Source: Octopus sinensis (Eukaryota). Taken from it: DNA of 64,000 nucleotides. Under the pieces are notes generated by a model. The model was given only the letters and a program-made list of their open reading frames with translations, did no database searches and had not been told where the DNA came from. The DNA lies in NCBI RefSeq assembly GCF_006345805.1, contig NC_043002.1:95914001-95978000 (forward strand). The letters are read 5' to 3'. The stretch's first letter is position 1; each line of letters opens with the position of its first letter. Position numbers and translations under genes: made by a program. Below are positions 35,920-50,865 of this stretch, piece after piece.

Positions 35920-38900
35920 GTAAAAAAATAATTCAGTTTATTTCTCCCACTTCCCACTCTGTTAGCAATCATCACTTTTAATTTAAAAAAGATAATTTAT
36001 AAAAGATATTCCAGAAAACACTCAACGTGTTGCTACTGTTTACTATTCTTTCATCTCTGTTAACTTCAAGTTAGTCTTAATTGAATAGACATATGATCAA
36101 AGGTATTCCAGCCACGACCATCTGATCTCATTTTAAGACAACGTTATTTAACGTATCCTTTTCTATTTTAAGACAGCAGAGTATGATTTTAAGGGAGATT
36201 TTAACTGCCATTTCTAGCAGATCTTGAGATCACTTAGAATAGAGGTATTTAGAAGAAGAATTCCAAATTACCTTGTATCGATATATTTCTAAATTCTTCC
36301 TTAATAAACACGTTTTTACCAAAGTTTAAGGTAATACATTAAACTGTATACTGAGTTCTAAATGCGTGTGTGTTTGTATGTGCATTAAAAGCAATGAATT
36401 AAAAATAATAGATGGCATCATTGTATTGGGTTTTCGAGAGACCAATTGTTGATAGTTTATATTTTCTATTAAAATTACACATTTCTGCATATTGATAGGA
36501 AACATATGGTTCGAGGACTCATCGTTTCCGACACTACTCGCTTATGGGAAGCTCAAAATCTATACTTAACATTAAGTATCATTTAATTATACAAGTCTAA
36601 CTATATATGGCCTGTAACTGGCATTCAACTAATTGTATTAACATAATCTGGAATTTTTAGTACCTGGAGTAGGAATAGATCGTTCTTGTTTTCCAACCAG
36701 TCTTGTTAGATCTTCACGGAAGAAATAACAGCCGAGTGGAATAGTCACGTACAGGCTTTCTCTGTTGCTCCAAAGATAGCAGTTGGATCTGACCAAAATA
36801 ATATCGAATGGAAACGTAAATGGAGTACATTTTAGTGCCACAAGAGGTAGTTAAACTGCTGTTTGGTATTGAAAAATGAAAATATATCCTTAAAAAAATT
36901 TAGTAATTAGAGGAATAACATTGACCATCGATAAATTGATATTTGTGACTTCTTTTTTATTGTAGTTGTTATTGTTGTTATTATTATTATTATTATTCCA
37001 GTCGTATCTTCGATGCCTTTTAGGAACCTTTTTGGGCGATCTTTCGTCAGGTCTACTAGAGACGAAAGATCGCCCCTTTTTGTATGCACCTGTTGTCCCC
37101 TGCTTAATTCTTTGTGGGAGGGATCGTACTCAATCTTATTTCATACATAGATCTGCAGTTATTTTAGTTACGTACTTCCTTACTACTGCAGATATAAAAA
37201 AGGTGGGGGCTGCTTAATCGGTTTGTTGACTATATTCTAAAGTCTCCTTGAGTTATCATCAAAATATTTTTTTAATTTTTACTCTAAAAAGTATCCATTA
37301 CATTTTTATATTATAGTACACTTCTAAAAATATAAATATTTAGTGATATCTTGAAGTTTAAATGTATCGTTTCTGCGAACGAACAGGATAACAGCTGGGT
37401 GTACATTTTCTAGTTTTCGGAAATGAGAAAGCCTACCGCATACGATATTTGCATTTGTGCTCAGTATAAAGTTTTAAGAAAGCAAAAGAAGAAATACAAG
37501 TTTTTCAGCCTTAGGTATTTAAACTAACTAAGTAAACAATAGATCCAGGAGAATTATTGAGTCTTTGTCGGCGAATGGTATGTAAACATTTCAAAAATGC
37601 CGCGGGGAAGACGAAAAATCTCACGTTTCGGGTAGTTCTTTGACAAGTCATAACTAATAGGTGAAAAATCAGAAGAAAAATACTATTTAATCATAGCTGA
37701 AAAATCTGAAGCATCTATATACAAATCTAAATCTGTTCAACAGAACTTCATCCTACAGTAGAAGCCTGCCTCTAACCAACGGGCTCATGACGACTGAACG
37801 TACATCATTTGAGCCCGTCACTGTGCACGAAAGAAACTTTTATTTCAAGAAGTGCCCAGTTAATATCCTGACCTAAATTAACTTACTATTATTTTTATTT
37901 GTAGCCATAGCTTTACTTCATTTAGACTCAATCTAACAGGCTCATGAGGCTGAAGCTTATCTGAGATGTTTAGAGACTGTAAGTACAAGTTTTCCTCATG
38001 AATGGGGCGCCAGTCCATCACAAAGTTAAGTCTTCTGCTATTGCTGGTACTCATTTTAAGCTGGACTCGAGCTGTTTGAAATAAAGTATCTTGCTCAAGG
38101 ATACAGTGCACCACCCAGTCTGGAAACGCGCGATGTAATGATCTTGAGCCTAACACTAGACCTCACTTCAATCTACAGAAGCTTATGTTAGTTTCAAGTT
38201 TTGACGCAAGGATGAAAGGCAAAGTTGACATCCTCAGCATTTGATCTCAGAACATAAAAACATACAAAATTCCACTAAGCATTTTGCCCCGCGTGCTTAC
38301 AATTGTACCGGCTTGCTGCGTTACAGAAGCTCATATTAAATTTTGGACACCTGTTGTAAAATTTGACCCTACTAAAAGTATAGTGCATTCAGTGGGGTTT
38401 GATCAAATAAACCATTTCTGGATGGTTGTTGTTATTGTTGAGTCCAAGGTTAGCCCTGACTGAGTAAACATATCAGCAATGTCATTTCAGCCATGACCAT
38501 GTATATCATGTGAGGTAAGTTTGGTTGCTTATTTTTGTACATTAGGTGACTTGGTGAAGACTTCTGTGTTGGCTCAAACTATTCCAGGTTAAAAGAAACA
38601 GGAACAATTAAGTAATATAGTGTCAATCTAAATTTTAATGTCCCAAATATTGTAGTTGTTTTAATCTTGCAATTCTCTAGGTTCAATAAAACAAACATTT
38701 ACATCATCACCATCATCATTTAATGTTCATGTTCCATGTTGCCAATAGGTTTGGATTTACTAGTTAACAGTTATTACTGGGTTTCAGCACCTGGTAATTG
38801 ACCCTTTGCTTTAGAAGCACACTTATGATTGTGTGGTTAAGGAGTTCACTTCACAACTACGGGATTTTGGGTTTGATTCCACTACACAGCACCTTTGATC

Positions 38901-39999
38901 AAGTATTTTCTATCATAGCCTCAGGTTGACCAAGGCTTTGTCCAGTATAAAACTTTGGTGGACAGAACCTGTATGGAAGTCCATCAGAGGTGCTGTTTTT
39001 GATCTTTGGTATTCTTGTCCTAGGTTTAATCTATCTCATAATGTAACATTACCACCTGATCCCTAGATGCTTTAAGTGGAGCCTTCTCTTTTACAAGCAT
39101 TCGGGACAAGTTTCCAATTCAAGAATATCTTCCTCCTACAAATTTCAGAAACTCTGATAGGATCATGGATGATGCCTTTCCTCTTCTGACTATCCTTTTA
39201 TTGTTGTTGCTGTTGATACTAATAAGTCAGTTAAGCACTTTCGTGCCATAATCTTATAACTGTACAATCTCTTGGAAATTCCTTGAGTTCTCATCTTGTC
39301 AGTAATTATAAAGATTACAAACTTAGTCGTAAACTTTTGACTTTTTCTGTCTTGCAAATTACTTGCCAATCTCAGTAGTGTTAGTGCCATGAAAAAAGTA
39401 TCCAGCACACCCTGTAAAGTGGTTGCTATTAAGAAGGGCATCTAACTATAGAAACTACGCCAAAGAAGACGTTGGAGTTTGACAGTTCTCTAACTCTTTG
39501 AATCCTGTTGAAGCACCCATCCCACATCAACATGAAAGCCAAGCATTAAATGAAGAAGGTGATAACAAAAAAAATAGAGGCCTAATGACAGGATAGAAGA
39601 TAACCTTCATAAGGAACAAATAATTTTAAGTAGATTGGATAATTAATAATTACTGCAGTTATATATGTAACTTCTCTCATATTTCTTAACTATATTAGTC
39701 ACACTAATTATCTTTGTCATCTACCATTGACAACAAGCAGCCTAAATTTATTTCAATTATTTGTCCAAACCATTTCATTTGCTTTTCATCTGTACTTCAT
39801 CCAATAATTCAAAACTGGTTGAAGCCACAAGATTAGGTTAATCCTCTGTGTATAAAGATAGAATCCTTTTGTTGTTATTAGAAACATGATGTCTGTAAAT
39901 TTTCCTCCAACAACAGATTCTTATTTTTACATTTTCATTAGAGCTGTCCCAGCATTGATTTAGTCATTTTAATAACAAGATTCATATATCTTTAGATTT

Positions 40000-42560
40000 G
40001 AAGAGAGCAGAAAGATGCTTAAGCAAAGTTGAGTGAATGCATGTTGTATACAAGAGCTTTGATGATGGAAGGGAAACCTCAACTAGATTCTTCACTCACA
40101 AAGAACATGGGTACAAATTTTTTGAGGTGTATAACAGTGCTCAGATAGGTGAAGTTGGCAAAGTGTTGGCAGAGAAATGGCTAATTGAGGTAGTCAGAGT
40201 TTGTGACAGAATAATTAAGCTATGATTAGTCATGGGCAACACAATATCATCAGTTTTCTCTGCTTATGAATGACGATCAGGGCTGACAGATGTGTAAAAG
40301 CACAATTTCTATGGGGTCCTTTGACAGACCATCTCTATAATGAACAACGGTGACCTTGTTATCACAGCCAATGACTTTTATGGACATGTTGGGCAACACC
40401 ATTATAGTTATTCTAACGTGCATGGAGACTATAGATATGGTGTGAAGAATCAGTAAGGATCAAGTAACCATCTGTGACACTCACGTCAAGAAATTAAAGT
40501 TAGCGTTGCAGAACTGATTCAACTAACAATAAGGTGAATATGCAAACAAAATAGACATCATATTGATCAAGAAACAGGGTAGACAGGTGGTTGTGAATAC
40601 TGAATCTATCCTCAGTGAAGAATGTACCACTCAATATAGACTTGTTCTTAGTGACTTTACAGAAAGAACTATACAAACCCAGAGACACAAGATGGCAAAG
40701 CAAAGATCCCTTTGCTTAGCCTGCTCAGACAGATTCTAAAGAATGCATATATCTAGGGGAAGGGCAGACAGGGATCTGTAACATAAATGACAACTGGGAG
40801 TTTCTGCTAGACAATCTAATATGAGCTACAGATCAGATTTGTGCTTGAAGCAATATGGATGGATGGAAGCACTCCGTCGGTTACGATGACGAGAGTTCTG
40901 GTTGATCCTATCAACAGCCTGCTCGTGAAATTAACGTGTAAGTGGCTGAGCACTCCACAGACACGTGTACCCTTAACGTAGTTCTCGGGGATATTCAGAG
41001 TGACAAAGCCGGCCCTTTGAAATACAGGTACAACAGAAACAGGAAGAAAGAGCGAGAGAAAGTTGTGGTGAAAGAGTACAGCAGGGATCACCACCATCCC
41101 CTGCCGGAGCCTCGTGGAGCTTTTAGGTGTTTTCGCTCAATAAACACTCACAACGCCCGGTCTGGGAATCGAATCCGCGATCCTATGCCTAACCACTGGG
41201 CCATTGTGCCTCCACTGAAGCAATATACCAGCCAGTTGCAAGTTGACATGAAGGTGAATAGTACAGTAGATGGGGTCCATTAGAACTAAAGACAGTCTTG
41301 GAAAGATTGGAAGAAAATGGAGAGAAGAGTAGCTCCAAAGGAAGCTTGATATCAGTTAAACATAACATAGAAAGAAACTATAAGTAAGAGGTTTGCTTGT
41401 GATCTGCAATGACCAGTTTAGAGATGGAAGGTATTTCGGATTGTAAAGCTTTACTTCAGTGAGAATCAAAATGCCATTGAAGAGAAAAGTGTGTCCAGAA
41501 TGATTGCAGCACACTTACTCTCACTAACACAAATATAGAAAGATGCATGGAAATCTCACAACAAGAAGCTGATAAATGTAAAGAATGTGTGAGAGAAAGA
41601 GGGACTACCACAAAAAAAAAAACATAACCTGCTACTGATGTTGGCAGCCATATAATCAAAAGTGCAATATGAAACCAGGGAAACAACCAGAACATAAATA
41701 GTTGCTGAGAAGTTGAAAATGTCTGAAGTAGGGCTTGTACTGGATATTCACATAGTTGATCGAATAATACAATAAGGTGTCATACCTAATGACTGGCAGA
41801 GTGATATCACTGTCAGTTGAAATGTTGAATCAAGTTATGAAAATAACACAAAGAGTTATAACACAACTGATTAAGAAGGAAGTTAGCTTGGACTAGATAC
41901 AGTTTAGGCATGTGGAGTATTATTGGTTCTCTGTTTCCAGTGAGTTAACTACAAGTTCATAGCTAAGAATTATGTTACTATATCTACAATATGGAGAAGG
42001 CCTATGATAGAATTCTTTGCTCTCTAGTCTTGTAGTCACTAAGAATGGCTTGAGAGTTGTGCAAGCTATTTACAGAGATTCCATCAGAAAGTTAAGAGTT
42101 GATATTAAGTTCAGCTAGAAATTTAGCATGCAGGTTGATATTCATCAGGGCTCAATTCTCAGCCCCTTCCTGTTTATTATAGTTCTCTAGGCCACAATAG
42201 AGAAGTTTAAAATTGGTTGTCCTTAAGAATCCTGTACATTGGTGATCTAGTTCTCAAAGCTGAATTTGTTGAAGGTTTAGAAAAGGAATTCCAAATATGT
42301 GTGTAAAGCTTAGAATTGACAGGCTTCAAAGTAAATCTAGCAAAGACAAACATTTTAGTTAGCAGAAAAAAAGACAAGATTGTATTGCTACCTGAGAATT
42401 AGCCATACCCATACTTAATATATAATAAAGGGACATGTAGGAATTCCATACTGTGGTTGTGAAAGTGTGTAGGCAGGCTTACCGAAAAGAAAGATTTCAT
42501 GTGTGTAGCAGATATACAGTTGTGGCTAAGAGTTAGAGCAGCATAAAATAAATTCTTTCA
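40000..42560 (+). mobile_element. Long degenerate RTE LINE (APE endonuclease to RT), split by a SINE at about 40868-41214
   Basis: VLAEKWLIEVVRVCDRIIKL; ANDFYGHVG...VHGDYRYGVKN; QVDIHQGSILSPFLFIIVL..KFKIGCP; heavily disrupted. Confidence 0.72.
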
Positions 42561-42629
42561 AATACTTTGAAAGCTCCATAGAAGTATTTGGTGGTTTCTC
42601 TTACCTTCTTTATGTGCTATGCATACATG

Positions 42630-43030
42630 TGTTGACAATTATAGTCTGTCACACCTTCCTGATGTGCATTCAACCGAGCAAGTTAGGGATTTGGTCTTTT
42701 TGTATCCACCTGGAAAGGCCAACAAGTGTCTTCCTCAGTTTTTTTTTGCCCTTTCAGTTTCCCAGTTCTCACCAAATATTCAAGGCTTTATCTTTTCGTA
42801 TGATGGTGGATAAACTTTACTTGTTGTTTCCTTATGTTGTTAAGTTTCCTGGTGGTTTCTTCTGGTCTATCTCTATAGAATATCTTGAGTAATCGTCTAA
42901 GGAACTGCATCTCAGCAGCATTGATAAACTTTTGCACTTGTTTGTTGTTGATCCAAGTCAAACAACCATATGTAAGCATAGGTTTTATGTATACTCCTAA
43001 AACTCTTTTCCTCACTTTTATTGATAGCTG
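42630..43030 (-). mobile_element. RTE-type LINE C-terminal relic
   Basis: RKRVLGVYIKPMLTYGCLTW...AAEMQFLRRLLKI matches the RTE RT C-terminus. Confidence 0.72.
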
Positions 43031-46000
43031 TTTATTTCACAATATATGTTTGATTTCATGAAAAGCCTATTCAATCCTGAGATAGATCACCTAATTAGCA
43101 TTAGAAGTGGATACTCTTTAAACTTAGTAGCCAAAATAAAAACAGAGTTAGAAAAAAAAAACACTGTAGGTAGTTGTAATCTCTGCTATTTACTTAGTTA
43201 TTAACCCTGACCTAAGTGGAAAGAACCAACAGAAGAGGAAGCCATAGATAGAAGTTGTGAAAGATGATCTCAGGATACTAAAGTTCATGAAGAAGATAAG
43301 TGGTAAGACATTGTGCAAGGAGGATTCATCTAACTCATGTAAGCATAGAAACACAGGTGTTAAAATGGTAGTGATAATGATGCATTTGATATACTTAAAA
43401 TATTGATTAGCAGTCATCATAAATACAATTAAAAAAACCCATAGATATTAACTTTTTATTTGTATGACACAAATCATTCTTCAAAGTAATGTATAGTTAC
43501 ATAATGTCCATCATACTATACCATAAAATAGCATTTCAAATATTTTTTCATGACAGATATTAATTTATTAGTTAAAAGTTCTGCATAGAAACATCACCTG
43601 TTGTTTCAGATTCTGTCAGGAACTGCAGCATAAAATTACAAGACAGTTGTTATGTAATTGCTAAACCTAAAATTAGTAATGAAATCTCACTCAATATAAA
43701 CTCTACTCTCTTGTAAATAGAGTCAGATGTTTTAAGTCCTAAATAGTTCTCAACCACTTTTTAACTCAGTGTCCCCTTTTACTAAACTCTGTCTTACAAA
43801 TGCCCTTCCCCAGGTTTTGCAAAACAAAACAGATTTAATCAAACAGGAGTTAATTTTGTGCAGTGCTTTTATATCTATATTTTCTTATATTATCCCATGG
43901 AGGCAATGAGACCAATGCTGGTCTTGTGTAACTAGCACCCATGCCGGTGACACATGAAAAGCACCTTCTGAGCACAGAGGCAATGACAAATGACCAAGAC
44001 CTTTGGCAATATGTTGTGCTTGAGAAGGCTCATCAAGCTAAGTGAAATCATAGTTGTGGTAGATATTGGTGTCATGCAAACTGATACCCGTACCAGTGAA
44101 ACATAAAAGCACCCATTACACTTTCGAAGTGGTTGGCATTAGGAAGGGCATCCAGCCATAGAAACCATGCCAAATCAGACTAGGTACTGGTGCCAACTCC
44201 TCACCTTACCAGCCCTTGTCAAACCGTCCAACCCATGCCAGCATGGACATGAGACACAAATGATGATGATATCCCAGCCAGCATATGATCCTTTTTAGAT
44301 ACTTGCATAGACTAGTAACCCTATGTTGAATTTTTTATGGAAATTACTAAAAACAGGCAAGGATTTACATTATAAATTATACTAGCCCTTGGTGCATCAT
44401 CAATCATGTTTGTGCTCACTGATAAATGTCCTGTTCATATTCCAGTCAAGACAAAGAATCTTTGAAAATATATTTAAAGTATAATTATTGTATCTAACTT
44501 TAATATCTTAATTCTGAGAAAAATCATAAACCCTCAAATACTTGGTGTCTTCATAGTGCCCCTTTGACTTTTGTCACCTCCTTGCAAACTCACAATGCCC
44601 CTAAGAGAGCACTACTGCCCAGGTTGAGGACCAGTGGTATTCTTTTATTGGTTTCAGTCATTTGACTGTGGCCATGCTGGAGCACTGCCTTTTTTAGTCA
44701 AACAAATCGAGCCCAGGACTTATTTTTTGTAAGCCTAGTACTTATTCTATCGGTCTCTTTTTCTGAACTACTAAGTTACAGGGATGTAAACACACCAACA
44801 TCAGTTGTTAAGTGATGGTAGGGGGACAAACATATATACATATATATATACGACAGTCTTCTTTCGGTTTCTGTCTACCAAATCTACTCAGAAGGCTTTG
44901 GTCAGCCCAAGGCTATAGCAGAAGACATTTGTCCAAGGAGTCATGCAATGGGACTGAACCCAGAACCATGAGGTTGGGAAGCAAGCTTCTTATCACACAG
45001 CCACTCCTGTGCCTGTATTTTCAGTGAAGTTTAGACTAACACAGAATACTGATCAAAAGCTGTGACATCATCCCAAAACAGGCAAATTGATTTCTGACTT
45101 GTAGATTGTTTTCAATGAGTTTCATCCACTACCTTCAGTCTGCATTTCATCATCATCAGTTAACATCCAGCTTCCATGCTGTCTGGGAAGATAAATTGAC
45201 TAGTACATAATGTCCATTTTAAATTATAAATGTAAGGTCTACATGCACTGATAACAGATAAATAATTGATTAATCAACAATGCACTTTCAGGTAGATTAG
45301 ACACAGACATAATTGCGTGGTTAAAAAATTTGCTTTGCAACTGTGTGGTTTGGAGCTCAGTCATACTGTGTGGTACCCTAGGCAAGTGTCTTATACAACC
45401 CTAAGCCAACCAATGCCTTGTGAGGGAATTTGGTAGAGAGTGAAACTGTGTAGAAAGCCAGTGTGTGTGTGTGTGCGTGTGCACACACATCTTTGTGTAT
45501 ATATTTGTCCCTCCATCACTCAACAATCAGTGTTGGTTTGTTTGTGTTTCCATAACTTAGCAGCTTGGCAAAAAGAAACTGATAGAATAAGTATTGGAGT
45601 CAATTTCTTTGACTTGAACCTTTCAAAGTAGTACCCTAGCATGGCCCATTCCAGTTTCACTGAAACAAGTAAAAGGGTAAGAGAACCAGTCTGACTTGCA
45701 AACTCCCAATCTCTCAATGGACAAATGACTATTCTTTCTCTAATGCAGATCTAACAAAACTAGAAAGTTGTCAGATGATTTCCTCTTTTTTCTGTTTACA
45801 GAAAGATAAACACAAATGGTGTAGCCACTTTGTGTAGCTTTCAAAGTGAGGCTAAAATTTTATGTGTTTTAAAACAAAAATTATACCTTGCTTGCTTCAG
45901 ATTACTCATTGATCATTGATTTTTATCTCTATTCTAAGCTAGTTTAGCTATAAATTTCTCATACCTTATTCCTATAATCTATCACATTTCATCCTTGTGT

Positions 46001-47474
46001 TTTATATAGTTTCTTCTGGACATTTTATATTTCAAAATACAATATTATCTCAAGTATAATGCAACCCCACAAAACACACTTTTTTGTGTTTAAAAATATT
46101 TATTATCTTTGGTTGTTGAGTCTCATAAAGCTGATGACAAGTGACCAAGACCTCTGGCAATTTTTTGTGCTTGAGAAACACATCAAGCTTAGTGAAATTG
46201 TGATCATGGCACATAAAAGGTACCCATGCCAGTGACACATATATGGCACCCATTCCAATGACACATAAAAGATACCCAGTGCACTCTTAGGAAGGGCATC
46301 CAGACGTAGAAACCAACCCCAAACAGATGACTGGAGCCTGCTACAACTCTCTGGCTCACCAGCTCCAGTCAAACCATCTAACCCATGCCAACATGGGAAA
46401 CAGACATTAAGTGATAATGATGATGTAATATTTAATTTTACATTCTAAGCTTATGCCTTATTTTTCACATCCATTCTTTTATCATAAAAGTGTATATTGA
46501 AGACTTTATTTTCACTACCAGCATATTCTATTGATATAACATTCCCATTTTAAACTGTAATCTTTTAAATCAGTTAATCACTTTTAAATAATACAATGTA
46601 AAACTACACATCACTACTAACCTGGTAACAGGATTAACAATTGTCATTGAATCTATTCACTAAACATTTAATGTTTCATGGCTGTAAGCAATGAAGTGTA
46701 TACATTAATTGTTAGACATCTCAGGTCTACTATCTTTGTTTTCACAGGTTTGTTGTTCATTCATTTTTACATCTGTTTTTCCATGTTAGCATGGGTTGAA
46801 CAAATATGTTCAACCATTGTGTTATAGAAAGATCCTGTTCCTAACCCTTCCCTAATTTTCAAGAAATAGATAATTTTTCCCATTTATCTTTGGAAGCTCA
46901 AGATTATGGGATGATTATTAACCAGGAAATGGTAGCTGTGATTTCTGTGCCAGTGGCACATAAATAGCACCATCCAAACATGGCTGATACCAGTGCTGCC
47001 TTGACTGGCTTTCATGCCAGTGGCACATAAAAAGCACCCACTACACTCTCGGAGTGGTTGACATTAGGAAGGGCATTCAGCTGTAGAAACACTGCCAGAT
47101 CAGACTGGAGCCTGGTGCAGCCTCCTGGTTTCCCAGACCCTAGTCGAACCACCCAACCCATACCACCATGGTAAACGGGCATTAAACGATGATGATGATG
47201 ATATATATATGCTTAATTGGCAAAATTTACAAAGTAACTCAAGAGTTGAGAGTTTTGTGCATTGACACTTATCAAACTAGTTTAAATAACTGTTCTGATT
47301 CTTTGCACTGTGACAGAAATGTATACAATGACACTGGTGCCAAGTTGTATTGCCCCAAGGTGGTAGCCTTTCCTTTTGGAGAACATCAGTGGTGTGGTAA
47401 GGAGAGGCTTATGTACATAAGTCATCATCATTCTCTGCCAAAAAAAAAAGTAGTCTTGCTTAGACCTGCTCATA

Positions 47475-47690
47475 CGAGGAGGCACAGAAAAGTTCCTGGC
47501 TTTGGGTAAAAGAAAACACTGGAGGATCAGTTAACTATGATTTTATTCAATATATCCCCCTCTCAGATTCACACACTTATTGCAACAGTAGTTCAGTTAT
47601 CTAAATTCTGTAAAAGAACTTGAAAGGTTGGGCCTCCAACCAGGCCTTTCGCTACACCCTTAAAGCCAAGAACTTTTCAACACTCCCTTG
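47475..47690 (-). mobile_element. Mariner-derived MITE, copy 2
   Basis: TA-flanked, CGAGGAGGCACAGAAAAGTTCCTGGCTT ... AAGCCAAGAACTTTTCAACACTCCCTTG; inverted relative to 297-512. Confidence 0.75.
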
Positions 47691-48190
47691 TACAAGTGTG
47701 AATAAATAATCAGTATTCATCAACAGAAGCTTACTCTTGGTCTTGCCATGTCACTATGTCCACAAGGGTTTTACTGGTAGCTTGAGACAGGAACTGAACT
47801 AACCAGTTTCATTACTTTAACAACTCATCAAGCTTCCTTCAGTTTTTCTGAATTATGATTGTATATCATAATAAATGATTGAATTATTATATTAACTTCA
47901 AGTTGACAGACAAGTTATTAATATATTGCTTTTAACATCTGCAAATGTAGCATCACAAACAGGATTGTCAACACATTGACCTGGTTGATGGGTTTTTTTT
48001 TTTATTGATGTTTGTTGGATTCCATATATTTATTGCTGAACAAGTTTTTAATAAGTTATTTCATGTCAATGTTGTATCTGTTGTTTTCTTCCTTTTTTTT
48101 TTATTATTGACTATCTAACTCCATTTATCATTTTTTAATTTTTGTTTTTGTTTTTGTTTTTTTTTATTATTCATTTTGTCTTTGAATTAG

Positions 48191-48310
48191 TTATCTGGCA
48201 CTGTAGATGATTGTGAATGCAAAGTAGAAAATGTTGACTTTTTCAACAATCTTCGAATACAACCATTATTGCACGAGATTCTTCAAACAGATTACTTCAG
48301 ATATTTCAAA
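48191..48310 (+). CDS. ERO1: ERO1 coding exon 2 (LSGTVDDCECKVENVDFFNNLRIQPLLHEILQTDYFRYFK)
   Basis: TTAG acceptor, AAA|GTAAGT donor, 120 nt. DDCxC and DYFRYxK motifs. Confidence 0.96.
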
Positions 48311-48682
48311 GTAAGTAATGCACATAACTTTTTTTTTTTTAAAGTTATTGTTATTTTTGTATCATCCTTAAATGACACTTGAAACTCTTTATGAAGGGAA
48401 CTTTATTTGTACTACAACAGTGACCACTTTACTAATGAGAGGCAATAACAATAATAATAATAATAATAATAGAATACCATAATAAAATAAGTATTTCAAA
48501 ACAGTAGAGTTATGCTAATACAGTAAAATGCCATAAATAAAGTTAAAGGACAGAATAGAATGGTTCAATGTTCAGAAGTAACAAAGCAATTATTATTTCA
48601 AACAATCAACATCAGTGAAAGTTACATTCATTCGTCTATGCATGAATTAGAAAGTAAACACTGTAACTTCTTTTTCTTTCTT

Positions 48683-48713
<31 letters not shown>

Positions 48714-50744
48714 GTTCCTGTCCATGAAGCTTGGTTATGTCAATTCAGATAAGGCTGTGCATAAAGAAGTTTGCTCAGCAACTATATGCTTTCAGATTCA
48801 ACTCCACTGCAGGGCATCTTGAGCAAGTGTCTCCTATTATAGTTTTAAACCACCCAAAGCTTTGTGAGTGAAATTTGGTTAATGTCAAACAGACTACTTA
48901 AGCTTTTGGTGGTCAGCTTAATCTCTCTCTCTCTCCAAATTTGACATCAGCACTTGGCCCTTTAGTACTTGCAGTGAAATCCACTCTGTAGCAAACTCTG
49001 TTGTGTGGCGCCTTTAGTTTTGTCAAAGACATGACAAACTTTTTTGAGCTAGTGCCATAATAAAATGCACCCATTATACTCTGTAAACTGCTTGGTGTCA
49101 GGAATGACATTTGATCAGAGAAATCAAACCAAAAAGGAAGCAAGATCTTGGTTCTCTATCTCACCTAAGGGGGTAGTAACTCCAAATAAGAATTGACTCA
49201 GGCTGCAACAAGCCATCCACCATATGCCAGTACATAAAACAGGTGTGTAGTGATGATTATGATATCATTTTTAACATACATATGGCTATAGGTGTAGACA
49301 TGCCTGTGTGGTTGAGCAATTCACTTCCCAGCCACCTGGTTTTAGGTTCACTCTGACAGCATAGCACTTTGGGTCTACCAAATTTGTTTCTAATTGTACA
49401 ATTATAACAGTATTTTCAAAAACTATAATTTAAAAACATCCCATAGATTTTGAAGATTTTCAAAGTTAATTTTACCCTAGATTTGATAGATGGAAAATTG
49501 CAGATCATCTATATGTGTGTGTGTGCATGCATGTGTCTGGTGTGTTTATTTATGTACATCTGCACTCACTTGTGTGAAAGTGCAGCAAGAAGTGTGCGTT
49601 GTCAGTTTCTTCCATCAACAAGTCATTCAGGCATTTCGTGTCTTTGAAGCTGTATGGAATAGGCAATTCCTTACCTGAAAAATATGTGCGGTTTAGTGTC
49701 AGGAATGGCATCTGGCTGTAAAACAAAGCCTCAGATAACATATTCATCCAACCCATACAAGGCATGAAAAAAGACATAAACTGAATATCTTAACACCCAC
49801 CTTCTCTATTTCTCTGGGTGACTGACAGAAGGTTCATTTTACATTAGGTAGCGAGCTGGCAGAAACGTTAGTACGCTGGGCAAAATGCTTAGCGGTATTT
49901 CATCTGCCGTTATGTTCTGATTCAAATTCTGCCGAGGTCGACTTTACCTTTCATCCTTTCAGGGTCGATAAATTAAGTACCAGTTACACACCGGGGTTGA
50001 TGTAATCGACTTAATACCTTTATCTGTCCTTGTTTGTCCCCTCTACATTTAGCCCCTTGTGAGCAATAAAGAAATAAGGTTCATTTTACATTTGCAGTCT
50101 CAATACCTCTCCCTTTCTGAACTAACCTATAGCCCTCACACATCACTTTTTGGATCCTCACCATTCTCATCTATTTCCATTCTTTTGGGTTACCTTCCCA
50201 CCTTCAGATCTTCTGTCTCACTCTTATAATGTGGGACAGCCCTGTACCCTTTTCTACAACCCCTTCTACACAACCCACTTCATCACTTTTCCCACTCCAT
50301 TCCGCCCTTTCTCACTGACCCATGACTAATCCTTTCACTTTCCCCTGTTCCTTCTGTACTCCCTCTCCAAGTGTCCACTCTGTTACTCTCTCTACTACCA
50401 CTTTCCCACAACATAAATCTATTCTTCTCACCATACTTCACCTTCTCTTATCACATTGCCTAAAATTATCACATTTTCCCTCTCTCTTGCTCTCCTTCAT
50501 GTATGGAGAGCAAGATGACTTCACTGGTGTTGGTGTCATGAAAAAGCACCCAGTACATCAGAGAGAGAGAGAGAGATATTAAATACACATAGATATAGAT
50601 AAATAATGCAAGCAAGGAAGTTGTTAGATACATCTTAGGTACATAAAAATCTGATTAGAATGCTTGCCAGCATTCTCAAAAGTTGAAATACAAGGTGTGA
50701 ACTATTTTAATTGTATGATAGTATTGTGAGATAAATCAGGATAA

Positions 50745-50865
50745 CACTATGAATAAATATGTTAAAAATAATATCACTATGAATAAGTATGTTAAAAGGA
50801 TAATGCTACAAGTATGTGTTAAAAATGATATCACTAAGAATAGGTATGTTAAAATTGATATTACA
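50745..50865 (+). repeat. Degenerate 27-30 bp minisatellite, 4 units
   Basis: CACTATGAATAARTATGTTAAAA...ATAT repeated. Confidence 0.75.

Noticed and set aside
36640-36850. Candidate alternative ERO1 exon or small ORF
   Set aside because: No recognisable homology in any frame and weak splice signals.
37034-37081. Rho-independent terminator or Helitron 3' hairpin
   Set aside because: Context is eukaryotic; the hairpin is longer than typical Helitron ends and no CTRR|T terminus follows. Kept only as a structural finding.
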